Below are positions 46,458-55,138 of a DNA stretch of 57,072 bases, piece after piece. Positions within the stretch are counted from its first letter, which is position 1. Each line of letters opens with the position of its first letter. The notes under the pieces are model-generated. The model was not told the DNA's origin, did no database searches, and worked only from the letters and a program-made list of their open reading frames with translations. The stretch comes from Opitutaceae bacterium (GTDB lineage Bacteria; Verrucomicrobiota; Verrucomicrobiia; Opitutales; Opitutaceae): contig JBDNGL010000315.1 in assembly GCA_041689285.1 (NCBI GenBank), forward strand, positions 1-57,072, in the 5' to 3' direction. Position numbers and translations under genes: made by a program.

Positions 46458-47474
46458 TCACGGTTGGGTGCGGGGCACGAAGACGAAGCTCTGGATCCGT
46501 GAAGTCTCCAGGCCGTCGCGCCGCCAAGTATGGCCGAAATCATCGGAGGTAAACAGCGCTTCCCCATCCACCGCAGCATAGAGCCGACCGGTATCAGGAT
46601 CCACCGCGTTGCGCCACACGCGATGGTTTGCGGGCAGGCCGGCGTTGCGCACAGTCCAGGTCGCCCCGCCGTCCTCGCTGGTAAAAAGGCCGAGACTCCA
46701 GCTGGCGATCGCGATGCGGCCGCGCGTGGTGGCATCAAACGCGACATTGTAGAGCGCCTGGTCGGCCGGCAGGCCGGAGACTCCGGCCCAGGTGAGCCCA
46801 CTATCCCGCGAAATCAGGGCCCCGGCACTCTGCGTGGTCGCAAGCCAAACTCGCTCCTCGTGCGGCGATTGCCGGATGTCGGTGACGGTGTCGACCGTCA
46901 CAAAAACTCGGCGCCAGTTCTTCGCACCGTCCTCCGTAAAATAAATGCCCGTCTCGCAGCCGGCGAAAACCCGCCCGGCCGAGGTGCGATCCACTGTGAC
47001 CACCTGGGTGTATTTGCCGCGCGCCGGCAGACCCTGCTCCCTCCGCTGCCAGGAATGCCCGCGGTCGGTCGAGACGCCGAGACCGTCGGGCAGGGCTGCA
47101 TAAACCGTGTCCGGCGCGTTCGGGTCCACCATCACGCTTTTCGGCTCGGTCATGTCCCAACTGGTGCCAATCCGCCAGCTGTGGCCACCATCCGTCGTCG
47201 TCAGCACACCACACAAGGCGGCCACATGGAAAACTCGCGGATCCCGCGGATCAAAAGAGCCGGTGAGCATCGCGGGATAATTGATCCCGCGGTGCGCGAA
47301 CCCACCCTCCGCTGTGCGCACATAGACGCCATTTTTCGCCGTATCCCGCGAGCCGATGACGCGGCCGCCAATATTGACCGCGCCAAACAGATAAAGGTCA
47401 TGGGCCGGCACCGCCCCGGCCAACAGGCCGGTCAGCAACCACAGCAACGGAAATGCGAGGAGGGTTTTTTTCAT
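46458..47474 (-). CDS. Secreted BNR/Asp-box repeat beta-propeller protein, paralog B
   Basis: Signal peptide MKKTLLAFPLLWLLTGLLAGA. Asp-boxes TTDGGHSW, STDRGHSW, TEDGAKNW, SRDSGLTW, SEDGGATW, SDDFGHTW. Confidence 0.75.
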   Translation of the reverse strand: MKKTLLAFPLLWLLTGLLAGAVPAHDLYLFGAVNIGGRVIGSRDTAKNGVYVRTAEGGFAHRGINYPAMLTGSFDPRDPRVFHVAALCGVLTTTDGGHSWRIGTSWDMTEPKSVMVDPNAPDTVYAALPDGLGVSTDRGHSWQRREQGLPARGKYTQVVTVDRTSAGRVFAGCETGIYFTEDGAKNWRRVFVTVDTVTDIRQSPHEERVWLATTQSAGALISRDSGLTWAGVSGLPADQALYNVAFDATTRGRIAIASWSLGLFTSEDGGATWTVRNAGLPANHRVWRNAVDPDTGRLYAAVDGEALFTSDDFGHTWRRDGLETSRIQSFVFVPRTQP

Positions 47475-47533
47475 GACGTAAAGTTGACGGTATCCAGCGT
47501 TGCCAGCGACCGACCGGTGGTTTTCAAGAAGGC

Positions 47534-48058
47534 ATGAACCTCCGCCTTTTTCCCACCCTCCTGTTGTTCTGCTCCCTCCTCGGCGCCGCGGCGGCCACCA
47601 CGCCGGAAGCCCGGCTCGCGGAGCTCGGCATCGAATTGCCGGAAGTCCCCGCAGCCATCGCCAACTACGTGCCGGCTGTGCGCAGCGGCAATCTCGTGTT
47701 TCTCGCCGGCCAAATCGCCAAGGGACCGGATGGCAAATTTCTCACCGGCAAGGTCGGGGCCGACCTGACCGTCGAACAAGGCGCGGCCGCCGCGCGGATT
47801 TGCGCGATCCAGCTCATCGCCGCGCTCAAGGCGGAAATCGGTGACCTCTCCAACGTGAAACGCATCGTGCGCGTCGGCGGCTTTGTGGCTTGCACGGATG
47901 ATTTCACCGCCCAGTCGCGCGTGGTCAACGGGGCCTCCGATCTGCTGGTTGCAGTGTTCGGCGACGCCGGCCGTCACGCCCGCGCCTCCGTCGGCGTCAA
48001 CGCCCTGCCCGCCGGCGCACCCGTGGAGATCGAGCTGGTCGCGGAAGTAAGGGAGTGA
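47534..48058 (+). CDS. RidA/YjgF/UK114 family protein with an N-terminal signal peptide
   Basis: MNLRLFPTLLLFCSLLGAAAATT signal. The RidA core follows (NLVFLAGQIA, VRVGGFV, ARASVGVNALPAGAPVEIE). Confidence 0.75.
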   Translation: MNLRLFPTLLLFCSLLGAAAATTPEARLAELGIELPEVPAAIANYVPAVRSGNLVFLAGQIAKGPDGKFLTGKVGADLTVEQGAAAARICAIQLIAALKAEIGDLSNVKRIVRVGGFVACTDDFTAQSRVVNGASDLLVAVFGDAGRHARASVGVNALPAGAPVEIELVAEVRE

Positions 48059-48073
48059 GCGGACGGCCATCGC

Positions 48074-49348
48074 TTACAAGTCCCGCACGGAGGCCCGCAC
48101 GGCGGCGACGACGCGCTCGCACTCAGCGGGAGAGTTGAAAAGATGGGTGGAGATGCGCAGGGCATTGAGACCCTGTTCGGTGACCGGCCGGCAACGCAGC
48201 CCGTGTTTCTGCCAAAGATAGCCGAAAAGCCGGCCGCTATCGGCCCGGGCATGGCGGATCGTGGTCATGGACGCCCGCAACTCATCAACCGGTGAAGTCA
48301 GCACCGTGATGTCCTCGATCCGGGCGAGTTCCTGCAACAACCATCCGGCCATGTCGCGCCCGCGGGCGGCGATGCGCGCCGGCCCGATGCGCTCCTGCAG
48401 CCGCACCGCCTCGACCAGCCCGAGCACCGACGCAACATTGCGGGTGCCGTATTCATGGCGCGAAGCGGCGGCGAAAAGCTCAATCGGCCCCGTAAGTTCC
48501 GGCAGTTCACCGGAATAGGCGCCGACACCAGTGGCGGCCACCGCCTCAAGTTTGTCGCGGCGGATGTAGAGCATCCCAGTCTCATGCGGGCCGCCCAACC
48601 ACTTGTGGCCGCTGAAGGCGTAGGAATCGCAGCCGATCTCCCCGAGATTCACCGGGATCATCCCGACCGACTGGGCCGCATCAATGTGGCACCAGATGTT
48701 CCGCTCGCGGGCGAACTCCGCGATGGCGCGCACGTCAAAGACGAGGCCCGTCGTGCAGGTGATGTGGCTGACTTGGATGACCTTGGTGCGGGGCGAGACC
48801 AATTCGCGGATCCGGGCCAGATTCCCGGCGACGCTGGTATGGTCCGGCTCGAAAAGCCGCACCTTGAGGCCGCGCAGTTTGGCCTGGTTCGCCCACGGAA
48901 ATGAACCGCCCGGATGGGCGTGCGACTCGAAGATGACTTCGTCGCCCGCCTGCAGGGCAAGCCCGGCCGCGATGATGGAGTTGCCCTCGGTGGCGTTGCG
49001 GGTGAAGCAGAGCTCAGCCGTCGCCGCTCCCAAAAAGCGCGCCATCACCTCGCGGGCCGCCGCCATCTGTTCGTGGCCATGCTCGGAATGCTGCTGCAGC
49101 TCGGTCATCACGGCGATGACCTTGTCGAGCACCGGCCGCGAGGCCGGCCCAAGCCCGCCGGTGTTCAGATAGACCGGATCCTCACGTAGGGGAAACTGGG
49201 CGCGCACCGCTCGCCAGAAGGTCTCTTCATCCACGCTGCCAAAGGCCGGTAATGGGGCCGGGGCCCCCACCGCCTTCGTGCAACCCGCCAGCGCGGCGAA
49301 CGCACTCAGGCCGAAGCCCTGTAAAAAACTGCGGCGATCGAGGCTCAT
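48074..49348 (-). CDS. Class V aminotransferase-fold PLP enzyme (cysteine desulfurase / isopenicillin-N epimerase-like), Tat signal plus lipobox
   Basis: MSLDRRSFLQGFGLSAFAALAGC contains a twin-arginine motif followed by an LAGC lipobox. The PLP-lysine motif is FSGHKWLGGPHETG. Confidence 0.75.
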   Translation of the reverse strand: MSLDRRSFLQGFGLSAFAALAGCTKAVGAPAPLPAFGSVDEETFWRAVRAQFPLREDPVYLNTGGLGPASRPVLDKVIAVMTELQQHSEHGHEQMAAAREVMARFLGAATAELCFTRNATEGNSIIAAGLALQAGDEVIFESHAHPGGSFPWANQAKLRGLKVRLFEPDHTSVAGNLARIRELVSPRTKVIQVSHITCTTGLVFDVRAIAEFARERNIWCHIDAAQSVGMIPVNLGEIGCDSYAFSGHKWLGGPHETGMLYIRRDKLEAVAATGVGAYSGELPELTGPIELFAAASRHEYGTRNVASVLGLVEAVRLQERIGPARIAARGRDMAGWLLQELARIEDITVLTSPVDELRASMTTIRHARADSGRLFGYLWQKHGLRCRPVTEQGLNALRISTHLFNSPAECERVVAAVRASVRDL

Positions 49349-50208
49349 GGGACGGAGGTAAAGGTGAGGGTGTGGTCGAAATCGAGGGTGCCGCCAATCG
49401 GGACCTCGAGGTTTTGGTCAAACTGCGGCGGGAACGCGGCCAGCGGGTAATTACGGCGCACGAACCAGTGCAGCGGACCGGGGTTGTTTTCAAAGCGGAT
49501 GATAACACGGTGCAGCGTTTCATCAAGCTGACCATGCCATTCCATCCAGCGCGCCGCCGCCCCATGCACGGCCGCCACACCCTCCAGCCCGCCTGCGGCC
49601 ACGATCTTGATGGTCGGATCCAAATGATCATCGAGCAACTCGCGCGCGCCCCGGAACTGCAATCCGGTGTAGTGCGAGCCCGCGAGCCCGCCGTGCGAAT
49701 GCGGGTTGCCTAGCGACAGCGCACGGCCGCTGACATTGGTCAGGCGGCTGCACCAGCGCAGGGACCAGGCGTGGGCGGAGGCATTCACGGTGATCTCCAG
49801 CGACCGTTCCTCCCGGAAAATTGTTTCAGCCAATCGCCGCCATGCGAGCGTATGCGCGAGCACCGCGCGATCGCCGGCGGTCTCCAGCTTCTGCCAGGCG
49901 ACATGCTGCTGTGCGCCATGGTCGTCGCGCCACTTGTAGCCGTCTTCCTTCAGACCAGTGGGGCCGCCCCAGAAGTTCGCGCCGGAGACATTGTTCAGCG
50001 TGAAGCTCAGCGCGTGGTGCCAAGGATGGTCGTTGGGCCGGAAGTTCGTGAGCGTGTCACCCGCGAGCGAATTCACCGGATGAAAATACGGCTTGGGCGA
50101 TTCCTTCGCCTCGGTTTCCGGGACATAGACGTAACGGCACAGCAGGCCATCGCCGGCAAACAGGGTGACGGCGCGGCCGGTTTCATGTTGGAGGCGGAGG
50201 GTGTTCAT
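49345..50208 (-). CDS. DUF6807 / PmoA-like family protein
   Basis: KPYFHPVNSLAGDTLTNFRPNDHPWHHALSFTLNNVSGANFWGG matches my recollection of the DUF6807 signature. ATGA overlaps are present at both ends. Confidence 0.6.
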   Translation of the reverse strand: MNTLRLQHETGRAVTLFAGDGLLCRYVYVPETEAKESPKPYFHPVNSLAGDTLTNFRPNDHPWHHALSFTLNNVSGANFWGGPTGLKEDGYKWRDDHGAQQHVAWQKLETAGDRAVLAHTLAWRRLAETIFREERSLEITVNASAHAWSLRWCSRLTNVSGRALSLGNPHSHGGLAGSHYTGLQFRGARELLDDHLDPTIKIVAAGGLEGVAAVHGAAARWMEWHGQLDETLHRVIIRFENNPGPLHWFVRRNYPLAAFPPQFDQNLEVPIGGTLDFDHTLTFTSVP

Positions 50209-52643
50209 GTGAGGTCGAAACTCTCGGCGCAGCGGGTGCCGGTGAATTCAACGGTGCGACCGTTGGGCGCGTGGAGGGTGGCCGCGATGGCTGCGGGCTT
50301 GGTCGCGGTGAGGTGGAACTTTCCGGCCGCCACGCGCCACGCCACGGTGATCATCCCATGCGGCGTGCACACGCTGCCGGCCGCATGCTCCAGGCCACAG
50401 CGGTGCGGCTTGATGAGGATGCGGGCGAAGCCCGGCTCGACCGGGGTGACGCCGAGGACGCGCTGCTGAAACTCCAACACCGGGTGGGCCGACCAGGCAT
50501 GGCACAGCGAACGCCAATAACTGTTTTCCTCCACAAAGGTCGAAAGACCGTAGTTGACCGACTCGTGCCACGGGCCGAGGTGTCTGGGCATGTCGTCGTA
50601 GCGTCCGCTCAGAGCGAGCGCCTTGAAGCCGGTGTGCATCCAGAAAAACGAACCCGGGGCGAGTTTTGGGTCCTGCGGGAACCGCTGCATGATGATCGCG
50701 CGTTCACGCTCCCCGGCGAGGCCGGCGACGATGGCCCAAGCGTTGCCATACTGGCTGACCTCGGGTCCGCCGGGCCGGTCGAAATACAGGCCTTCGCTCT
50801 CCGACCAGAAACGCGCGTGCGCCTTGCGGCGCAAATCCGCCGCTTCACCGGCGAGTGCCGTCGCCTCCGCCGTGCGACCGAATTGCTCCGTAAGCCAAGC
50901 GACTTCGTCGAGCGCGTTGATGTATTGCGAAGAATGGATCGTCGTTGGGCCCGCGTCGGAACCCGGCACCACGCCCCGTGGCCACCACGGGCACCAGTCG
51001 GTGACGTTCCAGTAAGGCAACTTGGCCGGGAGCCCGTCCGCATCGGTGTGCCGGCGATACCAAGCCAGCACCGCGCGCATCCCGGGCAGTAGGTCCTGCA
51101 CGGTAGCACGGTCGCCCGTGCACATGAAGTAGTCCTTGATGTTAGTGATCCAGTGGATGCTCCACGCCGGGATAATCTGGACGAGGCGAGACGGGAAACG
51201 CGCCTGCGTGAGCCCATCGGAAAGACGCGACCAGTCGAACTGATACAGCGCCTGACGACTGAGCCGGTAGTCGCCGGTGGTGAACATCGCGAGTTTAGAC
51301 GTGATCATCGTATCGCCGGCATACTGCATCTGCTCGTAGTGCGGGCAGTCCTCGAAGGTCTCGTGCGAACACATCCGCATCGTGTGCAGGCCAACCCGCC
51401 AGATCTTGTCCAACGCGGGATCGGACGATTTAAATTTCGCCTTCACCTTGTATGGATAGGCGGTGAAACGCTGTTGCACGCTGCGGAGCGTGAGCGGTTT
51501 TTTGCCCACCTTGATCTGCAGACCGATGTAGCGGAACGCGCGCCAGTGCAGTGGCTCGAAAATCTCGTCGCGACCAGAAGGTTCCCAGCGATCGCACCAA
51601 CCGGTGACCTCGCCACGTCGGTCGAAGGTCCAACCCCGGCTCTCATCAGCGAAGTGTGAGGCGAGATTTGCGAGCGACTGCTGCTTGCCGAGGAGTTTCG
51701 CGCCCGGCGTGTCCCACCGCAGGCGCAGGGCCTCGGCGTAGGTCAGGCGCAGCTTGCTCCCAGCGCCGCCCGCCACCGCAAGCTGCGGGAAGGCGGTCGT
51801 GAGCACGCCCATGTCGAGCACGAGGTCCACCTTTTCACCTGGTTTGAGGGTAAGGGATTTTTTCCCGGCAAGGAGGGCGCGCCACGCCGGGGAGATTTGG
51901 CCACCCCCGGTGGTGAACGCATCGGGAAACGCCGCCGGCTCGCCTTCCTCCAGCATCGGAATCATGCGCGGCATCAGCCCGTAAGGACTCGCAGGATCAC
52001 GGCGGTTTTCCAGTAATTCGGCCTTGAAGAGCACATGCGCAGTTTGCCAGTCAGCATCATCGAACTGCGGCCGGTTCCAACCCACCGGCACCAGCGCGGA
52101 CACGCGGTGCTCAAAATAGCCGAGGTAGCCCTCAAAGGTCGTGTTCTCGTTTTGAAAGCGGTGCGCCTGGTCTACGGCCACGCGCCAGGCGGCATCCGTG
52201 CGCAGGTCCTCGGCCACCTTGCCCCGGACGGCGAGCGTGCCTTCCAGGACAAAGCCACCCGTGTAGGTCATCACCGAGCACGGCGGGCCGAGCAGCGCCG
52301 GCCGATGCGCGACGCGCGACATGTCGAGCACGAGAGCGGCGAGGACGTTGCGGCCCTTCCGTAGGTGCGGCGTCAGGTTGAAGGTGTCGATGAAGTGGTG
52401 GTTGACATCACCCTTCGCCGGCCCGCGGCCGATGAAGATGCCGTTGCACCAAAACAGATAGCGACTGTCCGCCGACAACTGCACGGTGAGTTTCGCCACG
52501 GCGGGATCCGCAACGTTAAAGGTGCGGCGGAAATAACGCACCTGATAATGCGAGGGCGTGGCGTTCCTGGGGGACGGCGCGCTGTGGGAGCCCTCGGCGG
52601 ACCAGATCCACGAGGAGGAATTTACGAAGGGTTGGGGAGACAC
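50205..52643 (-). CDS. GH78-like six-hairpin glycoside hydrolase (alpha-L-rhamnosidase family architecture), cytoplasmic
   Basis: 812 aa. The N-terminus SSWIWSAEG..YFRRTFNV is typical of rhamnosidase N-domains. The central FEDCPHYEQMQYAGD resembles the DCP..E....GD motif of the (alpha/alpha)6 catalytic domain. The exact specificity is unknown. Confidence 0.55.
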   Translation of the reverse strand: MSPQPFVNSSSWIWSAEGSHSAPSPRNATPSHYQVRYFRRTFNVADPAVAKLTVQLSADSRYLFWCNGIFIGRGPAKGDVNHHFIDTFNLTPHLRKGRNVLAALVLDMSRVAHRPALLGPPCSVMTYTGGFVLEGTLAVRGKVAEDLRTDAAWRVAVDQAHRFQNENTTFEGYLGYFEHRVSALVPVGWNRPQFDDADWQTAHVLFKAELLENRRDPASPYGLMPRMIPMLEEGEPAAFPDAFTTGGGQISPAWRALLAGKKSLTLKPGEKVDLVLDMGVLTTAFPQLAVAGGAGSKLRLTYAEALRLRWDTPGAKLLGKQQSLANLASHFADESRGWTFDRRGEVTGWCDRWEPSGRDEIFEPLHWRAFRYIGLQIKVGKKPLTLRSVQQRFTAYPYKVKAKFKSSDPALDKIWRVGLHTMRMCSHETFEDCPHYEQMQYAGDTMITSKLAMFTTGDYRLSRQALYQFDWSRLSDGLTQARFPSRLVQIIPAWSIHWITNIKDYFMCTGDRATVQDLLPGMRAVLAWYRRHTDADGLPAKLPYWNVTDWCPWWPRGVVPGSDAGPTTIHSSQYINALDEVAWLTEQFGRTAEATALAGEAADLRRKAHARFWSESEGLYFDRPGGPEVSQYGNAWAIVAGLAGERERAIIMQRFPQDPKLAPGSFFWMHTGFKALALSGRYDDMPRHLGPWHESVNYGLSTFVEENSYWRSLCHAWSAHPVLEFQQRVLGVTPVEPGFARILIKPHRCGLEHAAGSVCTPHGMITVAWRVAAGKFHLTATKPAAIAATLHAPNGRTVEFTGTRCAESFDLT

Positions 52644-52673
52644 GGTAAAAAGCGGTGAGGTAAGGCGGGGCGG

Positions 52674-53585
52674 TCAACACCGCGCCACCGGGACGAAAAA
52701 GTAATCAAACCCGTAGGCGCCATGCAGGCCGCCGTCCAGCCAAGTCAGACCAAAATCGTCGGGGTAAAAGGTTCCTTCCTCGAAAGCGGAGGCCCAAAGA
52801 CGGCCTTTCACTTCAGAATCGAAGGTGAGCACAAAGATATGCTTCGTCGGCAGGCCCGCGCTGCGGTCACTCCAAGTCGCCCCACCATCGCGTGAGCGCC
52901 ATGCACCGTGCAGCTGCGTCCCGACGATCCACGGCCGGGCATCGGTCGCGCTCTGCGCCAACCGCAAAATGGTGGTGTGCGGCGAACTCGCGACCTTCAT
53001 CCAATGCTCGAGGTAGCTGCGGGACTCCGCCAGGTTCTCAGCGGCCGACTGGCCGTTGAACCACCGCGCCGGCCCGCTCCTCGGGTAATGCTGGGCCGCG
53101 AGGTAGAGGCTCGCATAATACATCACCCAGTGGCTCTCGGTGTCGCCGCAGCTCGGCCAGTAGGTCTGCCACCAGTCCCCGATCCGGGCACGGTTGGCTT
53201 CATCCAGATGCTCATCCCCGTTCAACAGCACCGCCATGATCGGATACGTCCAAGCCATGTTGCCGGTGGGCCGGCGCTCGTCGAGCACGGTCAGCCGTTT
53301 CCGGGCTACCGCCAGATTCTGCCCGCGTTGCAGTGCCGCCGCCACATCCAAAAAAGAGCCTTTGGCCGGATCCTGTTCGTCCAAGACGGCGATGGCAGCA
53401 CCCATCAGCCGTTCGCGCCGCTCTCGAAACTGCCGTGAGCTCTCAGCATCCGTGCCCGCCTGCGCCCAACCTGCCATCATCAGGGCGATCAGGGCGCCAA
53501 GCAGGCAGCGGAATCCAGCCGGCCTTGGGGTTAAAGGGGTAGTAAACACGCGGAGAGTTGAACATGAGGCCGCTTGTTTTGGCAT
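52674..53585 (-). CDS. Chimeric ORF: N-terminal ~200 aa of the '630-aa family' fused in frame to the last two Asp-box blades of the propeller family (probable deletion remnant)
   Basis: The N-terminal part, [50 protein letters not shown], aligns to paralogs A and B. After about residue 220 of the track ORF (nt ~52985) it switches to SPH..SRDGGATWSDRSAGLP..PDDFGLTW, which aligns to the C-termini of 43544..44551 and 46458..47474. ATG 53585 (alternative 53597). Confidence 0.6.
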   Translation of the reverse strand: MPKQAASCSTLRVFTTPLTPRPAGFRCLLGALIALMMAGWAQAGTDAESSRQFRERRERLMGAAIAVLDEQDPAKGSFLDVAAALQRGQNLAVARKRLTVLDERRPTGNMAWTYPIMAVLLNGDEHLDEANRARIGDWWQTYWPSCGDTESHWVMYYASLYLAAQHYPRSGPARWFNGQSAAENLAESRSYLEHWMKVASSPHTTILRLAQSATDARPWIVGTQLHGAWRSRDGGATWSDRSAGLPTKHIFVLTFDSEVKGRLWASAFEEGTFYPDDFGLTWLDGGLHGAYGFDYFFVPVARC

Positions 53586-53831
53586 TTCAACCCGCATTTT
53601 TCCTGAATTTTCAGTTTTATGACGGCAGCTCCGTCCTCGCCTCAACTTTCAGTCCGGTGAGGTGACGACAAACGAACAGGATGCTACTCAAAAAATCGAA
53701 TAATGGCGCGTTAATGTATGCTTTATATGCATATAGGTGATTTATAGAATAGTATTTCCACAACCTAATTCCGCTCGATCGATTGTTACCAACCTAGCTA
53801 TTAGCTGGCCAGCTTATGACTATAAAAATCC

Positions 53832-53861
53832 TTGACCATCGCACGACTAATCATTTTTAAT
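53832..53861 (+). promoter_or_regulatory. Candidate sigma-70 promoter for the LacI-family gene
   Basis: TTGACC (53832-53837), a 17-18 nt spacer, then TTTTAA/TTTAAT (53855-53861), about 30 nt upstream of ATG 53891. It sits in an unusually A/T-rich intergenic region. The consensus used may not apply to this phylum. Confidence 0.3.
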
Positions 53862-53890
53862 TTCTGAAATATTCACGGCTACCCCGCCCC

Positions 53891-54934
53891 ATGTTAATTG
53901 CCGATATTGCCCAAAAGGCGAAAGTTTCGCCTGCGACCGTCTCCCGCGTGATCAACCAGCCTCACTTGGTTGCGCCTGACCGGCTTGCCCGTGTTCAGGC
54001 CGTGATGTCTGCCGTTAATTACACCCCAACCCCTTTCGATCGGCGCCGCGGACCAAAATCCCGCCAGTCCACCCCTAAGGGGATCGCGGTCTGGTTCGTA
54101 GGGGCTCGTAAGAACCCTAATCTCAACTGGTTCCAAGATCAACTGCTCCAAGTACAGTCCGTCGGCGAACGCCAGCGGATCGAGCTTTCTGTCCTCTACT
54201 CCGAGTCGCCCGACGAACTGCCCCGCGCCTTGCTTGAACGTCACGTGGACGGCGTTATCATTCAAGGCATGGAGCCTTCGGCCGCCTGCCTGCAAAAGCT
54301 CGCCGGGCTGCCCCATGTCTGGTTCATGACGCGTCGCACCGCCACTTACCCAGGCGACTACGTGGAGCCGGACAACGATCTCAACGGCCGTCTCGCAGCC
54401 GATTACCTCCATCGCCGGGGTCATAAAAGCGTAGCCGTCATCTCCACCGACCCTTCTTATAGTGCCGTAGCCCGGCGGGTGCGCGCCTTCGGCGCGCGCG
54501 CGCAGGAGCTCGGCCTCACCCTGCACAACATCCTGGGCAAGGCCACCCCTGGCACCAGCTACCTCACCCATACCCCCACGCACGAGGAGAGCGATCTGCT
54601 CGCCCGCCGGCTGCAACAAACCACTCCCCGGCCTACCGGCCTTTACATCCCGGTAGATCACTTTTGCGGCTCTTTCTTCCGCGCCATGCGCACGGCCGGG
54701 CTCAGACCCGAGCGCGACTACGAGGCCATCTTGGGTAACTACAATCCCATCATCTACCACAACCTCGATTATCAGCCTGCGGCCCTCGACATCAATTTGC
54801 CCACGCTCGTCCGCAAGGTCGTCGATCACCTCATCTGGCGTTGCGAGAATCCCTCAGCCACCGGGCGTATCGGCACCTTGGTCTCCCCTACCCTCATCGC
54901 CACCACCCAAGCTACAAAGCAGTTTTTCAACTGA
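53891..54934 (+). CDS. LacI-family transcriptional regulator
   Basis: N-terminal HTH MLIADIAQKAKVSPATVSRVINQ, followed by a periplasmic-binding-protein-like sugar-binding domain. Confidence 0.9.
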   Translation: MLIADIAQKAKVSPATVSRVINQPHLVAPDRLARVQAVMSAVNYTPTPFDRRRGPKSRQSTPKGIAVWFVGARKNPNLNWFQDQLLQVQSVGERQRIELSVLYSESPDELPRALLERHVDGVIIQGMEPSAACLQKLAGLPHVWFMTRRTATYPGDYVEPDNDLNGRLAADYLHRRGHKSVAVISTDPSYSAVARRVRAFGARAQELGLTLHNILGKATPGTSYLTHTPTHEESDLLARRLQQTTPRPTGLYIPVDHFCGSFFRAMRTAGLRPERDYEAILGNYNPIIYHNLDYQPAALDINLPTLVRKVVDHLIWRCENPSATGRIGTLVSPTLIATTQATKQFFN

Positions 54935-55138
54935 ATAAACATTATTTCTAGGGCTTGCATTCAGACTTCAGAATCCTATTACTTTTTATCCACAGGTCCT
55001 AAGCCCAGCTCGGGCTTACAGTTTGTCCGCCCCTTCCCCCCCTATGCCCCCTCGCTTAATCCCTAGCCCCTCGCGCCCCGGCCACCCTGTGGTCCTTGCC
55101 GCCTTGGCCAAGGGGTAGCCGCTGGCCTCCAAGCCACT

